A DNA stretch of 64,000 nucleotides from Lytechinus pictus (GCF_037042905.1 NC_087263.1:14262001-14326000); one strand, 5' to 3'; positions 38,399-52,728 are shown, counted from the stretch's first letter. Numbers and translations are program-made. Notes: generated by a model not told the origin, from the sequence alone.

Positions 38399-39585
38399 TT
38401 GGAGGGTGGCAATATATGTTGATAGAGGAATTAAACTTCTGTTTATTCTCGTGTAGATCTAAACACTTCGATTTGTCCCATCATAGAGCTAATAGCTCTA
38501 TGGTCCAATATAATGAAACAGATACTAGTACCATGAAGCTATTAGAGAGCTTCATGCTAGTACCATGGAGCTCTACGCTAGTACTAGTACACAAACAAAC
38601 TTTCATTGACTTTATGAACCAATCAAAGTAGATACACTGGCGTGAATGTAAGCAGTGGGGTCATACCCTTTTTTTTATAAAAAAAAGTCCTATCCCATAC
38701 TGCAAGGCAGTCAAGAGTGTATGATGATATGACTTTGATCAAATCAAGCCGTTAATGAAACATTCTGTTCGGACAGTAGTCCCCATATATCTTTGCAATA
38801 ATTATATTCAATATGGTGACTGACTGCATCATCTTTGAATATAATTTTAAAGATTGTTCACAATTTGTCCCATATTTTTTTTATTTTTTTTTTATTTTAA
38901 ATCATCGTGCTATTTCCATGTATTTATATAAGCCTATTGTGGCCTGTGATGGATTATAATCACTTCATAAGGCATCCCTAGATAATAATGAAAACGACCA
39001 ATTTGACCAGCAATAACTATTCTGCAATTAAGTATATAATTTTTGTATTTGCAATTAAATGAAGCAATGTGTCATACATTACACCAAAGCCATTGTTTTT
39101 TTTACTGACACTCCCACCAGACTGGTCTGGAGAAAGAGCGAAGTCTGGTCCAATACAAACAGAAGGTCATTAGGCTGGGTGAAGTACAGAAAATGGCTAA
39201 TTATGATTATTTCCATTGCTCTTTTACACGATTTTGACAAAATATGCAAAAAATGAATAAAATATGAAATTTTATGTTAGAATAAACTTTGAACAAGAAA
39301 TTTGATGCACGACAAGTGAAGTCGGCTTTTCGCACATTGAACATAGCCTCATGTCAATACATTTGGTTTAGATTCATTATTTTGTTCTTTTGGTGGCAGC
39401 ACCAATACGGTTTTCTGTCTTCTATGCCGTCTTCTCGTTTATAGTATTATAAGCAAACATATTTGTTTTTATTCATTTTATCTATATTTTTAATTGCACA
39501 TTTTTATCTCTCTTCTTTATCATTTACTATAATTGTGAATCTGAATCATTTTTAATTCTCAATTCATTTTTTTTTTCAATAAACC

Positions 39586-40470
39586 TTAAAGGGGTACTCC
39601 AGTCTGAACAATATTTACATCTAAATGAATAGAGTATAATTCACAGAGCACAATGCTGAAAATTTTATCAAAATCGGATTACAAATAACGAAGTATAATT
39701 GAATTTCAAAGTTTATCAATATTTTGTGAAAATAGTTATCTGCACGTTATGAATATTCATTAGGTGGGCTGATGATGTCACATCCCTACTCAGTGGCGTA
39801 CCTAGGATTTTCCACAGGGGGGTGCAGCAAAAAAAAGGTTTTCTATCACAAATAACGGATATTGTACCAGAAAAAAATTGTGACAAGCAAAAAAAAGGTC
39901 TTCAAGCCCGTCAGGGGAGGGCAATAAAGGTATTCAAGCTTGTCAGGGGGGGCAAAAAGGATGTTTCATGCTCGTCAGGGGGGCAGGGATACGTCCTTTG
40001 CATGGGTTGTGACTCGTCAGGGGGGCAGACTGCCCCCCGTAAGTACGCTAGTGTCCCCACTGTCCTTTTTAAAAAAAAAGTTATTACATTTAATAAGTAT
40101 TGCTTCATTTTTCATACAAACGTGTGAATGATGTGTCTCCCTTATAATGAAATAAGTTGCAGCAATGAATATCTGATGCACTTAATCTGTTGTCAATCCA
40201 ATTTTTTTAGTTCTTGCTAGAAAAAGAATGTATAAACCTAATTCCATAATACAAAAGAACAAGTGGGGATATGACATCATCACCTTGCTCACTGAATATT
40301 TATATAAAGACATGCCTAGAACTGTTTCACCGAAATAAGGCAAATCTTTAAAATGCCAAAACTTTATTATTCCTTGTCCGATTTGGACCCAATGTTTTGT
40401 TTGCCTGATTTTTATTTATCTCTTTAAATTATATTATTTTCAGCCCGCGGCTGGAGTATGTATCCCTTTA
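39586..40470. mobile_element. TTAA-type MITE carrying a nested hAT-like MITE at 39791-40053
   Basis: TTAAAGGGGTACTCCAG..CTGGAGTA..CCCTTTA; nested CAGTGGCGTAC..GTACGCTAGTG with TSD TCCCTACT/TCCCCACT. Confidence 0.8.
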
Positions 40471-40524
40471 GTTGAATTGAATTGAAAAAGTGGCATAATG
40501 AGCCAATTTTTTGTGAGGGCTGGA

Positions 40525-41100
40525 TAGTATAGTATAGTATTCATTTTCCGTATTTAAAAAAATGCAAAACGGATGGATAGCCCATTTTCAGTTTAGTCTA
40601 CATGACTATACTGTTCTTCCATGGGGTCCATATACAATTCAAAGTAAAAAGTAAACACATATGAAAGAAGCATAACATGTACGGTAAATCAAACAGAATA
40701 ACAAAAGTGACATAGTATATGTTGTTATAAGAAAAGATCATAAAATTAAATAGTTTGGCAAGAATTTACACTAAATATTTTATAAAATGAATGAATTGAA
40801 TGAATTAGGCTGATATCACGTTCTTGAAAAAGGTTTTCACAAGGAGCAAGGAATAATAAAATGAATAATATGAATGTTCAAGTGAATAAAAATGAATATG
40901 TAATGATTGTAAACTGTGATCATAATAACACAAAATTCTGGTTCACGCATACAATTTTAAGAGGACAACAATATAATAGAGTAAAAACATTGAAAGGAAT
41001 TCAGGATAAAAGTACAGATTACATTGAGACAACATAGAAATAAATATATAAAACATGTATATACACTGATTGGATTCATATGAGAAGTAAGAAATAAAAA
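40525..41100 (-). mobile_element. LINE 3' UTR/tail fragment
   Basis: Reverse complement of GGACCCC..GGAAGAACAG..CTGAA.ATGGG, matching the tail at 51098-51150; (ATACT)n end. Confidence 0.6.
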
Positions 41101-44100
41101 GTAAAAAGGATCATGGCTTATTGGCAACATTTATGAAAAAGTTGTCAGCGTGGAAGCAAAAATTCTGACATAAGTATTATGATAAATTTTGACATATTCA
41201 GAAAATGTATTTCACCTTTCTCTCCTTTCAATTTTTTTTTTTCCTTGGTCGTGATTTTTTTAGTCAGGAGCAAGCGCCCCAAAGCCAAGTTCTCCATATG
41301 CACGCCACTGAGTTTAAGTTGAGTTTCCCCCCCCCCCCCCAGCCTTCGTGGAAAGGGACCAACGCTCATAAACATCAAAATGATGAATCCTCCTGATATC
41401 ATAATACTGCTCGCGCATATTAATTCATTCAATTTTATTTACTTTTATTTACAATGACAATTCATGGGATTTTTAGTTGACAACAGGCCTAATAAACGAG
41501 CTGCTTTAATTTATGAGACGCCAATCGTGTGAAAATTACATGTAGATTATTTTCTTATTGACGTATGTTTCGAAAACACATATTTACTGTATGTGCTTAT
41601 AATATTCAAATTTACATTTCCTTCAGGAAGAATACAATTTATAGGGAAAAGGTATACTCACAAACATCAACGTATTCCGCTGGTCATGCATGCTAATGGT
41701 GGACAATTCGTCGCCATGATATATATCACAATGTACAGAAGCCCGCGCGAAAGCATATTCCCTCATTTTGTTTTCCAGTGAGAAAGTTCCCGCCAACACT
41801 GACATTACGCGCGAAATTTTGAGTTATATCCCTGGTTTCACCGTAGAAAATACACGCATACATGTGTAAGGACGATGGAGCGAGAGAGAAAGCATGATGA
41901 ATTGTTCAATGAAAATATTAATCCATATATTGTTCACATTAATGTAAGTTTGTGCCAGATGGCCCAACCATCTTGGAGGATGGCAATATCCATAGAGGAA
42001 AGTCATGAAGAACTGCCGTTTATTCATCTGTAGATCTGAACGTCTTTATTTTGTCCAATGTAGGGTCCATGGTATGACCACGGACCTATGAATCACGATC
42101 AGCATACAAATGTTCATTTCATCTTCTTCAGAGCTTGTAGTTTGAGCTAGGGGTTAAACCCTTGACCCATGGAGCTATTAGCTCCATGCTTGACCACTGC
42201 CAGGAGGACTGGAAATGTGCACATGCAGAACGTGGATATATAACATCCACATCCAAGTAGGCAATGTATGCAAGCATTGCCCGCCTGTAATTACCAATAG
42301 TAATTTCATTAGAGATAATCAATACACACATTGTGAAGAGAAATGTATTTAAAAGAAAAAATGTTAATTGATTAATGTTCAAATAATAACGCGTGAATTC
42401 ATAATTTAATGCAGTCAAAATGTTTTATTTTGGCTAATTTTGCATTCTAAAAACGAAAAATTCCTCTGCGGTCGCTCCACTTTTGCAGTCAATCATGATA
42501 TAATTTTCTAGTTTCTAATTCATTTTATCTCGATTTTTAAGTATACATATTTATTTGTTGTTTATTTATTGTAAATCTTAATCATTTCAGATTCTCATTA
42601 TTTGCACGCTGCTGAGTACATAGTATTGTGCACAATTTATTCTACGACCGCAATAATGTTTTTCATTATTATTAACGACTCCACATGAACTGTATGATTC
42701 CATTGACCTTTAAATAATAAAACTTTGATCATGAACCAATCAAACCACCCTTACATACACCATGGACATGATGGATAGCTCTATGCATACACAGGCGTGG
42801 ATTTGAGCGGTGTGCTCTTGTCATTCTTATTCTGGTATATTTGTAGAAGCGAGTGATATATTCTTTTTTTTAAATACTTCAAAACAGTTAAGTGTATGAT
42901 CAATGGCATTGATCAAATCAATGCCGACAGGACAACAACATTTCTGACATATCTCTACAATTTTATTCATTTTATAGGGTAATTGCATCATCTCTGAATA
43001 CAGTTTTAAAGATTGTTCAAATTCTGTCCTTTCCGCTATATTTTCCTTTTCGATTTAATCAACGTGATATTTCCAAGTTTTTTTAAGTTGTGGACTGTGT
43101 CGGCGTATTATTTCATAAGACATCCCTATGGCCGATAACTATCATCTAAATATCTCACCTCTAAAAAGTTAGTAAAACTAGTTTTCATTTCAATTTTAGT
43201 TTTATTTTATTGTTCACATGGAAATTCGTTCTGCTCATTTTGTAAACATTTGTGATAAAGTACCTAATACTTAAATGATTCGACTTAAAACATTTTATCC
43301 TTATTTGCCAACTGTGATGTAACAACTAATTTATATTTCGTTTTCCTATTCTTATTAAGTTTTCGTTCTTCTTCCCCTTACTTTCCACTGTAATAATAAG
43401 CACATTACTTTCAACAACTTACTAATCTTCAAGGCTCATGCACTCACTATGCTCACTTACATACCCCTTGATGACGTTTTAGACACTATTCTGTCTTTCA
43501 ACTGCTAAAAATTTAATTTCCATAGCAATAGCCATCCTGAAAAAAAATCGAGATAGGCCTTATCTGTTTAAACACAATAAGTGAGAAATGGTAGTATATT
43601 CTTGTATTCACGGAGCCCCATATGCATAGCCCTTGATGTGATAACTACTGTAAACGTAAGTTGAAAGACGGTTTGGACAACATTCTCCCGACCATTCTGT
43701 CCTATGATATAGTAATAATTGAAAACTATTTCACTCGCCTAGTTCCCACATTGATTTACATCCATCTGGGTCGAGGGAAGGAAAATAAAACTTTCCATCT
43801 CCGGCGATCAAACGAGGTCGGGAAACTCTTTCATGAAATTTGTAAACGTGTTTCGTAGACAACAAAATCCAAGGATATCACTAAAATTGCCAGAAGTCAG
43901 TCCTAACAATAATGGAACCCCGTCTTGACCCCCTGACCCATGGTCTGCACGGTATTTTATATAGCTAGGTCCAGTATATAGCTAGCTCTATGGTCTAAGG
44001 CATTTATACTTTCTGGCAGAAGACGATTTTGTTACAAGCTGCACATGCATGGAGCATGAAGCTAATAGCTTCATGCATGGAGGGAAGGAGATAAAGCTTC

Positions 44101-45949
44101 AAAGCTTACCACATACATCTCTTTTGGGACATAGCCCTTTGATAGTTATACCAATGAGAAGAAAACAAAATTTTAAAAAAGTTGCATAACATACGAGAGT
44201 GGCAAATCATTTTTCTATTAAAAAAATACTCCCTGCTCACCTGAATAATTGTTTATACCCTAAATGATTCGTATGAAATATTTTTAGCCAACAAAACAGA
44301 ATTATATTTGGCTTTAAAATTCAAGGATGAGCCACCCCCCCCCCCTTCGGATCGTCGTGTATGCCAAAAATATGGCAGAAAAATTAAAGGCATATGCACC
44401 GTGCAACAATCTTTGGTCCATGTCATATCAGGCCCGTGTTCATGGTGCGTGTGCTTATCTGATTTATTTTTAAATGAGCCATGGCAGGACATAACTTTAA
44501 CATTAGACAATTATTTTCTTTTTCTTCAGCTGATTTTTTATGTTATGTTGTCAATTACAGCTGAGCTTAGACCGTGAGTGTAACCCCGGGGAGTGTAACC
44601 CATCATTATTTCAGTAATCTTAAATTTGCAAGGAATCATGTCCTCCTATATAGCGCCGACAGTATTGGATTAAACGAAATAATTAGAAGTACAGCTATAT
44701 AGCATTTAAAAACAATCAACAGGATCCATGATCATAATATTAAGGCTGTGGGAAATATTTTAAGCCAGAATACTACATTTTCTATGTTTTTCAGTTTCAT
44801 TATTCATGACAGCTAACGATGTATCGATATTTTTTGTTGTTTCCCAAACTTTCTGTTCGCCAAGAATAATTCATTATTGTCACATTATTGTTTGTGTTGT
44901 TGTTGAATAACTATCATTATTTTCTTGTATAAGATATATTATTCCAGAGGTCATTTTTTTTAAATTTACTTAACAGTTGCTACTGATGGGTTATTTATCT
45001 GTACATTGATAATCCATAGATCTTTAATTCGACTTTAAAGGTGCACCCCCGCGCACGGACCTCAACATTTCTTAACTACAAAATGTGAGACTGGATTCCT
45101 CTTAAGCCCGCGGTGCACAATATATGATTCGTAGCGATCCGAAAAGTAAATAAATTGTAATAACATTTGATATAACTTATATTAACATTCCATCCAATAA
45201 AATCTTAGCGTTCAGAGTAGTGTTACTGAAATCGAAATTCTGTCTTGTTCGAGCCTCCGTGTACTTGAACAAATTTATATTGATAATGAAATTCATCCCT
45301 ATATATAACCTCTAAATTATTGATTGTCCTACATTATATAGTAAAAGAAATATATACAACGCTGTTTACTATACGAACATTAGAGTAATTGTTTAAAAGG
45401 TTTAAATAAGGGTTAGTGTTTAACTCTTATAAGCAACAAAGTTTAATTTTCAATATCTAGTAATCTTCAATAAATTAAACAGGATTGTTTAAATGGTTAA
45501 ACAAATACTGCAAGGTTCATATGTAGTAAACAGCGTTGTATAAAATGTTAAACAGTGTATTTACTGTGTATTATAATATGCCCTTGTTTACTTTTGATAA
45601 ATGTTCAATTAGTTAATGTTTTAATAGCGTCCCTCTTCACTTGGCACAAGTTTTCCTATTATAAAGATTCTGAAAATACACATTTTAAATTAATGAATAT
45701 ATTATATCGAGCCTCGAGGAAAACGAGGCTGTTGCTAAAATCAAATGATAGGCTATGTACTTTAGTTTCATGGGTTAAAGCTTTGTGAGTGCATGGGTAG
45801 ATAAGTTAGCATTTTTGCTTTGTTTCAAAAGAGCGCCATTTCGGGAAAAATGTGCCATTTTCCCCTGTTCCCCCCCCCCCCACTTTCACCTTCGCTCCGC
45901 CACCCCTAAATTTCTATGAGCTCTTATTAGGCCATTTATAGGCCAAATA

Positions 45950-48900
45950 TAATTTTCCTTGTCTGATGACAGCTCACTGTTGATTTCGTTCAATTTAAAG
46001 GTACACATATGATTCTTAAAATGTTAGGCAACATACTGTCCACACAAAAATTTATTTAAACTTTTATCCAACTTTGGGTAGTTTTCAAACAAAGCAGACA
46101 TTATTGGTTTAAAACTACCCAGAATTGGATAAAGTTTTAACCGATTGCTGTGTGGACTGTATGTTGCCCAACAGTTTTAAGAGTGTGTGTTACAACACTT
46201 CTTAAACACACGTTTTGGCAGATGTAGATTACTGAAATGAAATTGTAGCTGCAATTTGAATTAAATCATCTTGATCCATATCCCGTTATTGTATTCCAAT
46301 GCAGATCTTCTCTTGAGTAGGATCGACTGTATTTTGTTTAAATAATAATAACAACACATTGATATAAAGTCAATTTTCGGTGCTCTTCCCATCAATTATT
46401 ACCACTGCAACTTGGCTGTTACATACAGCTGTGAGATAACTTTGTATTCTTGATATTAAACAGATCTTACTGGTGGAATTTTTTTTTTTAATATATCTTA
46501 CCAACCACCAACAATTTTTGACAACTGTTTGCTATTTAGGCCCACCTTTCACAAATGCAAATTCAATTAAAAAGGCTTTGGTTCATTTAAGATAACTTCA
46601 TCTGTCATTGTCTGTATGACTGAATCTCTGATATATCGAGATCTTACATCAATACATGTATATTATATAGGCATTTGTTATATTTCTTAGATAGCCCTTA
46701 GCCTACACTTTAACAACCCCTACATGGTTGGGTCACGGTGATGAGTTGTTCTGATGGGGAATTACACGACTGTGTTTGTGTTCTCTTTAATCCGTTTAAA
46801 TTATGCAAATTAACTTTTAATGGAAGTCATGTAAATTGTATAATATCCAGTTATCTCTGTGATTCATATAAACAATATTCACTTGATTTTTCTGTAAAAT
46901 GTGCAAAAAATTCTAAGTCATGTCAAGCCTGGCAATTCCAGCCTGCTGCTTCTACGGCTACGCCTGACACATCCCGCCTTGAGTTCCGGGGGAATTACAC
47001 TCCGGGTCGTGCATCATTCCTGCTGGATATTTTGAAAGATTTAAAGCTATTCATAATATTTATGTTTTCTCCTTCTTTTCGATAAGATCCGTATAATTGT
47101 TCCGTTTGACAATATAATCAAATGTCATTTCAACAGGGTTTTCGTTAAATTTGCTCCTCTGAAATTACATGCAACATGTTTTGTCCTATATGAAAATGAG
47201 GTTATTTGAAAACTGTCTAAGAAAATGAACCTTTCTCCAGCATCCATAACAAAGCATTTGTTATTTGATAAAAACGAATCGTACAAGGTTGATTTTTTTA
47301 ATTCTGATTAATTATACAAATCAATAATTTATTTCATCATTTGTATGATTTTATTTGCATTTGCTGATTTTTAAACAAATATTTCTGTTTTGAAATTTTA
47401 CGCCCTCTATGGTTGAACATTGATTTAGTATGAATATTATAGAATTATTGTAACTGTTTTCTTTCTTAAAATAGTTTAAAAGTAACATGACTTTATACCC
47501 TAATACAATGATATTATAGTGTATTCCTTTTCCATCTTTTTAAGACCGGATACAATGTATAAGAACTTCTTAAATGTTGTCATTTTGTGATGTTTGAAGT
47601 CAAATGGCCTACTTTTTTCATTATATTATGTATGTACAGGTAAAAGGGCGAATGGGATGGTTTTCCTTGTCTAATTATACTTCACTGTTGCTTTCGTTCA
47701 ATTTACATGTTCACACATGTAGTATACACTTCTCAAAAACATGCATTCAAACCAAAGTTTGACAGACTTCCCAAATGAAATTGTAAAATGCTATAATTTA
47801 AATGAAAGTTAATAATCTTGATCCATATCGCGTTATAATATCAACCAGATCTTCTTTTGAATAGGACTGTATTTTTTATAATAATAATTAAAAATACACT
47901 CTTAAACTGTTGGGTAACTAACTGTCCACACAACAATTGGTTAAAAAATCAAATTCTGGGTAGTTTTCAACCAGTACTGTAGTTTTCACCCAAAGCACAC
48001 ATTATTGGTTTGAAACTACACAAAATTGAATAAAGTTTTAACCAATTGTTGTGTGGACAGCATGACATGTTGCCAAACATTTTAGGAGTGTGGGAAACAT
48101 TCTAGAATATCATGTCTTGCCAACCACCAAGGATATTTGACAACTGTTTGCTATTTAGGCCCATGTGCACCTTTCACAAATACAAATTAAATTAAAAGGC
48201 TTTGGTTCATTTAAAATAACTCCATCTGTATGACTGAATCTCTGATATATCGAGATCTTATGTGTATATATCTTACGCGTATATATTATATATGTTATAT
48301 AGGCATCTGTTTTATTTCTTAGATAGCCCTTAGCCTATACACTTTGAGAACCCCCTTCATGGAAGGGTCACGGTGATGTGTTGTTATGTTATCATGGTTA
48401 TAGGGAATTACACTATAGGTACGTGTGTATGCGTTCTCTTTAATCCGTTTCAAATATGCAAATTAACTTTTAATGGATGTCATGTAAATTGTATAATATC
48501 CAGTTATCTCTGTGATTCATATAAACAATCTTCACTTGATTTTTCTGTAAAATGTGCAAAGAATTCTAAGTCATGTCAAGCCATGCAATTCCAGCCTGCT
48601 GCTTCTACGGCTACGCCTGACACATCCCGCCGTGAATTCCGGGGGAATTACAGTCCGGGTCGGCCCTCATTCCTGCTGGATATTTTGAAAGATTTAAAGC
48701 TATTCATAATATTTATGTTTTCTCCTTTTCGATAAGATCCGTATAATTGTTCCGTTTGACAATATAATCAGATGTCATTTTAACAGGGTTTTCGTTAAAT
48801 TTGCTCCTCTGAAATTACATGCAACATCTTTTGGCCTATATGAAAATGAGAATATTTCAAAAGCTGTCTAAGAAAATGAACTTTTCTCCAGCATCCATAA

Positions 48901-50040
48901 CAAAGCATTCGCTATTCGATAAAAACAAATCGTACAAGGTTGATTTTTATGCTGATTAATTAGACATATCAATAATTCATTTCATCATTTATATGATTTT
49001 ATTTGCATTTGCTGATTTTTTAACAAATATTTATGTTTTGAAATTTTACGCCCGCTTTGGTTTAACATTGATTCAGTATGAACATTATAGAATTATTGTA
49101 ACTATTTTCTTCCTTAAAATAGTTTAAAAGTAACATGACATTATACCATAATACAATGATATTATAGTGTATTCTTTTCCATCGTTTAAGACTGGATACA
49201 ATGTATAAGAACTTCTGAAATGTTGTCATTTTGCGATGTTTGAAGTCAAAAGGCCAACATTTTTTCATTATGATTATGCATGTACTGATAAAAGAGTGAA
49301 TATGATGTTTTTCCTTGTCTAATTATACTTCACTGATGCTTATCCGTTCAATTTACAGGTTCACACGTGTAGTATACACTTTTCAAAAACATAAAATTGT
49401 AAAAATGCTATAATTTGAATAAAAATTAATAATCTTGATCCATATCCACTTTATAGTATCAACCAGATCTTCTTTTGAATAGGACTGTATTTTTTTTCAT
49501 GATAACTGAAAATACACTCTTAAAATGTTGGGTAACATATTATTGTCCATACAACAGTTGGATACAAAAATTATCCAACTATGGGTAGTGTTCAACCAAT
49601 ACTGTGAATTTTTCACCCAAAGCACACATTATTCATGTTATTGGTTTAAAACTACACAAAATTGAATTGTGTGGACACTGTGTTGGCCAACATGTTGAAG
49701 AGTGTCTTACCAACCACCAACAATTTTGACAACTTACTGTTTGCTATCACAGCAGTTCAATTCATTTAAAAAAGGCTTTTGGTTCAATTAAAATAACTCC
49801 ATCTGCATGACTGAATCTCTGAATTTATCGAGATCTTACATTTGAGAACCCCTAGACTTTTGGAAGTGTCACGGTGATGTGTTGTCCTGATAGGGAATTA
49901 CACGACTGTGTTTGTGTTCTCTTTAATCCGTTTCAAATATGCAAATCATTTTTAATGGATGTCATGTAAATTGTATGCCCAGCTATCTATGTGATTCATA
50001 TAAATAATCTTCACTTGATTTGTCGGTGAAATGTGCAATG
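45950..50040. repeat. Tandem duplication of a 1.65-kb unit, about 2.5 copies
   Basis: Units start at about 45960, 47670 and 49315; 46740-47660 and 48420-49320 are highly similar; the third copy is truncated near 50040. Confidence 0.9.
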
Positions 50041-50399
50041 GGAGCAAATACTCGAATGGCGTTGAAGCTCTGAATTTTAAAACTTTCTCTGAAACTTTAA
50101 CCATGTTAACCTGCTCTAGTTTTGATATTTTTATATAACTCGATTTACGAAGAAAAAAGAGCTCAACATAATTATGAAAGGGATGATGCATGCTAGATGC
50201 GGGACTTTTACTTTCCATGCATGCGAGGCATGGAAACCTCTGTGATTTATCTTGGCAAAAAAATGTAATTTCGCTCATAATAAGCGCTTCCTTTTTTGTA
50301 TGATTAAGAAACTTCAGTGATATTCAAAACAACACAGGAAATGGATGTGCAGCGATATAGAAATATTTCATCGCATAAACATTTTCATATATATATCTC

Positions 50400-51232
50400 G
50401 GAATTCACATTGACGCTGAATTGAAATGGGATATTCATATACATAACATGTGTCAGAAAATCAGTAAACTGGTTAGTTTTCTTGGACGGTTAAGACATGT
50501 TGTTAACGAATCAAGCTTAAATTTGATATACAAATCCGCCATTTTGCCACATTTTGATTACGCTAACGTCATTTGGTATTCAGCTCCACAAGGTTCTCTG
50601 TCAGCCCTTCAAAAACTCCAGAATAGAGCTGGCCGTATAATTATGAAAATAAATCCCTACTCTTTTGTCTCCAATCAACATATTCATGAGACTTTGAATT
50701 GGGAATTTCTTGAATGCCGCTATAAAAAGCATATATGTACAATGATTTATAAAATATTGCACAATCTTTTTCCAAACTATATGTCTGATAACATTTCTAG
50801 AAGAACTTTAAATTATTCGCTTCGTTCGAACCAAAACCTTATTTACCCAAACCAAATTCTAACAATTGTAAAAAGACATTTTTCTATAGGGGCATATCAA
50901 TTTATAATCAATTGCCCAATGAAATTCGTAATGCACCAACTTTAAGTTCCTTTCATACTCTATTATATAATTATTTAGATTGAGCATTTGTATTTCTTTT
51001 TTCTTTTTGTCTTAGTAATTTTTTTTTTTTCTGTCAATGTATTTTACTCTGAAATGTTTTTTTTTAATGGTGTATATTACTTTGTATGGTAAATGTAGGA
51101 CCCCAAGGAAGAACAGCAGTATTTTGAAAATACAGCTGAATTGGGTGATCCTCCGTTATTGTATGTATCTCTCTTGTATATTGTGTTTTTTTTTTAATCT
51201 GATTCGGAAATAAAAACAAACAAACAAACAAA
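50400..51232 (+). mobile_element. 5'-truncated L2/CR1-group LINE
   Basis: LGIHIDAELKWDIHI..IYKSAILPHFDYANVIW..LQKLQNRAGRII; AATAAA followed by a (CAAA)n tail. Confidence 0.88.
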
Positions 51233-52020
51233 TATAGCATGACACGAATTAAATGCCTCCACCCGTGAGCAGATACTTTGCTTTAAAATTGCTTGCTGAA
51301 AAGCGGAAGAAATAGTACTTTGGGACTCGACTCGGGGAGTGTTAACCCATATTTCGAGACAGATGGCACCTTTGTTTTCCCACTGAAATATCCATAAAAA
51401 GAGATAAGGGTCAAGAAGGTCGAGAATGGTTTCTCAATGCTGAATAGATTACCTTCATACTAATAGGTCCATGATGTGACCATACAGCTATAACACACTG
51501 AGGGGTATAGTATAGTTTGGGAATCTCAAAAAATTGTTGAATTTGAATCAATAAATAAAAATCAGACAAGAATAATGCTGACAATTACATCAAAATCGGA
51601 TGTAGAATGAGAAAGTTGGGACATTTTAAAGTTTAGTTTATTTTTCACAAAACAGTATATGCACAATTTAGTCACATGCAAATGACAGAATCGACGATGT
51701 CTCTCACTGACCAGTTCTATTGTGTTTTATTGTTTGAAATCTACAATATTTTAATCTTTACAGATTTGGCAATAGCTGATGTGACCATAGCTCTATGGTG
51801 TGACTAACAATCGTTTACCATGTCATTACCGAGTCATACAAGATTGATTGTTTGAACACGATTCTTATAAAAATCAATCACTCTTTTCATCATTTGGATA
51901 ATTTTATTTCCATTCATTGAAATAGAAATACGTTCGGGTGCTAATAATGCCTCTCCATAGTGATAAGACACAGTACGAACGGGGGCGGTTCTAGACGATT
52001 TTTTTATGGGGGGGGGGGCG

Positions 52021-52728
52021 TGTTGCACCCACAAATGTAATAACACTTTACCCACAAATGTAATAACACTTTACCCACAAATGTAATAACACTTTACCCA
52101 CAAATGTTATAACGCCCACAAATGTAATAACACTTTACCCACAAATGTAATAATTTCACCCACAAATGTAATAATGCACTTTTTGAAACAACCGGGTCTG
52201 GAAAAAAGACTTTGGACTTATACAATAGTTTTTAAACAACCGGGTCTGGAAAAAAGACTTTGGACTTATATAATAATCTTTTAATTAACCGGGCTGGAAA
52301 AAAGACTGGACTTATATAATAATTTTTTAAACAACCGGGTCTGGAAATAAGACTTTGGACGTATATTATAATTTTTTAAACAACCGGGTCTGGAAAAAGA
52401 CTTTGGACTTATCTCCAACAAAGACTTTGCACTTTTGTGCTATATGAAGCCATTACTATAGGATCTTAGTTTAGAACGGATTAGCCAAAAATCCCTTCAA
52501 ATTTATTACATTTGTGGGTAAAGTCATTATTACATTTGTGGGCGATCAAAAATTATTAGGCCTACATTTGTGGGTAAAGTGCACTATTACATTTGTGGGT
52601 GAAATTATTACATTTGTGGGTAAAGTGTTATAACATTTGTGGGCGTTATTACATTTGTGGGTAAAGTGTTATTACATCTGTGGGCGTTATTACATTTGTG
52701 AGCGATTATTACATTTGTGAGTGCAACA
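52021..52728. mobile_element. Foldback-like MITE with TGT..ACA termini and 24-bp subterminal repeats
   Basis: TGTTGCACCCACAAATGTAATAA and TTATTACATTTGTGAGTGCAACA; central 55-60 bp repeat AACAACCGGGTCTGGAAAAAAGACTTTGGACTTAT x5; flanks GGGCG and AGGCG. Confidence 0.85.

Larger units (their letters stand above)
34380..43130. repeat. Old tandem segmental duplication (about 34380-38980 and 38980-43130), apparently non-coding
   Basis: Collinear shared blocks such as AGAAGGTCATT.GGCTGGGTGAAGTA (34600/39160), CCGCTGGTCATGCA (35750/41680) and TTTTAAAGATTGTTCA (38845/43004). Confidence 0.85.

Noticed and set aside
46738..48735. Duplicated 115-120 aa ORFs
   Set aside because: The differences between copies are largely non-synonymous, the third copy is frameshifted, and there is no recognisable domain. 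Their similarity reflects recent DNA duplication.
52180..52420. CRISPR-like repeat with variable gaps
   Set aside because: The gaps are short and mutually similar, and the array lies inside a TIR element.
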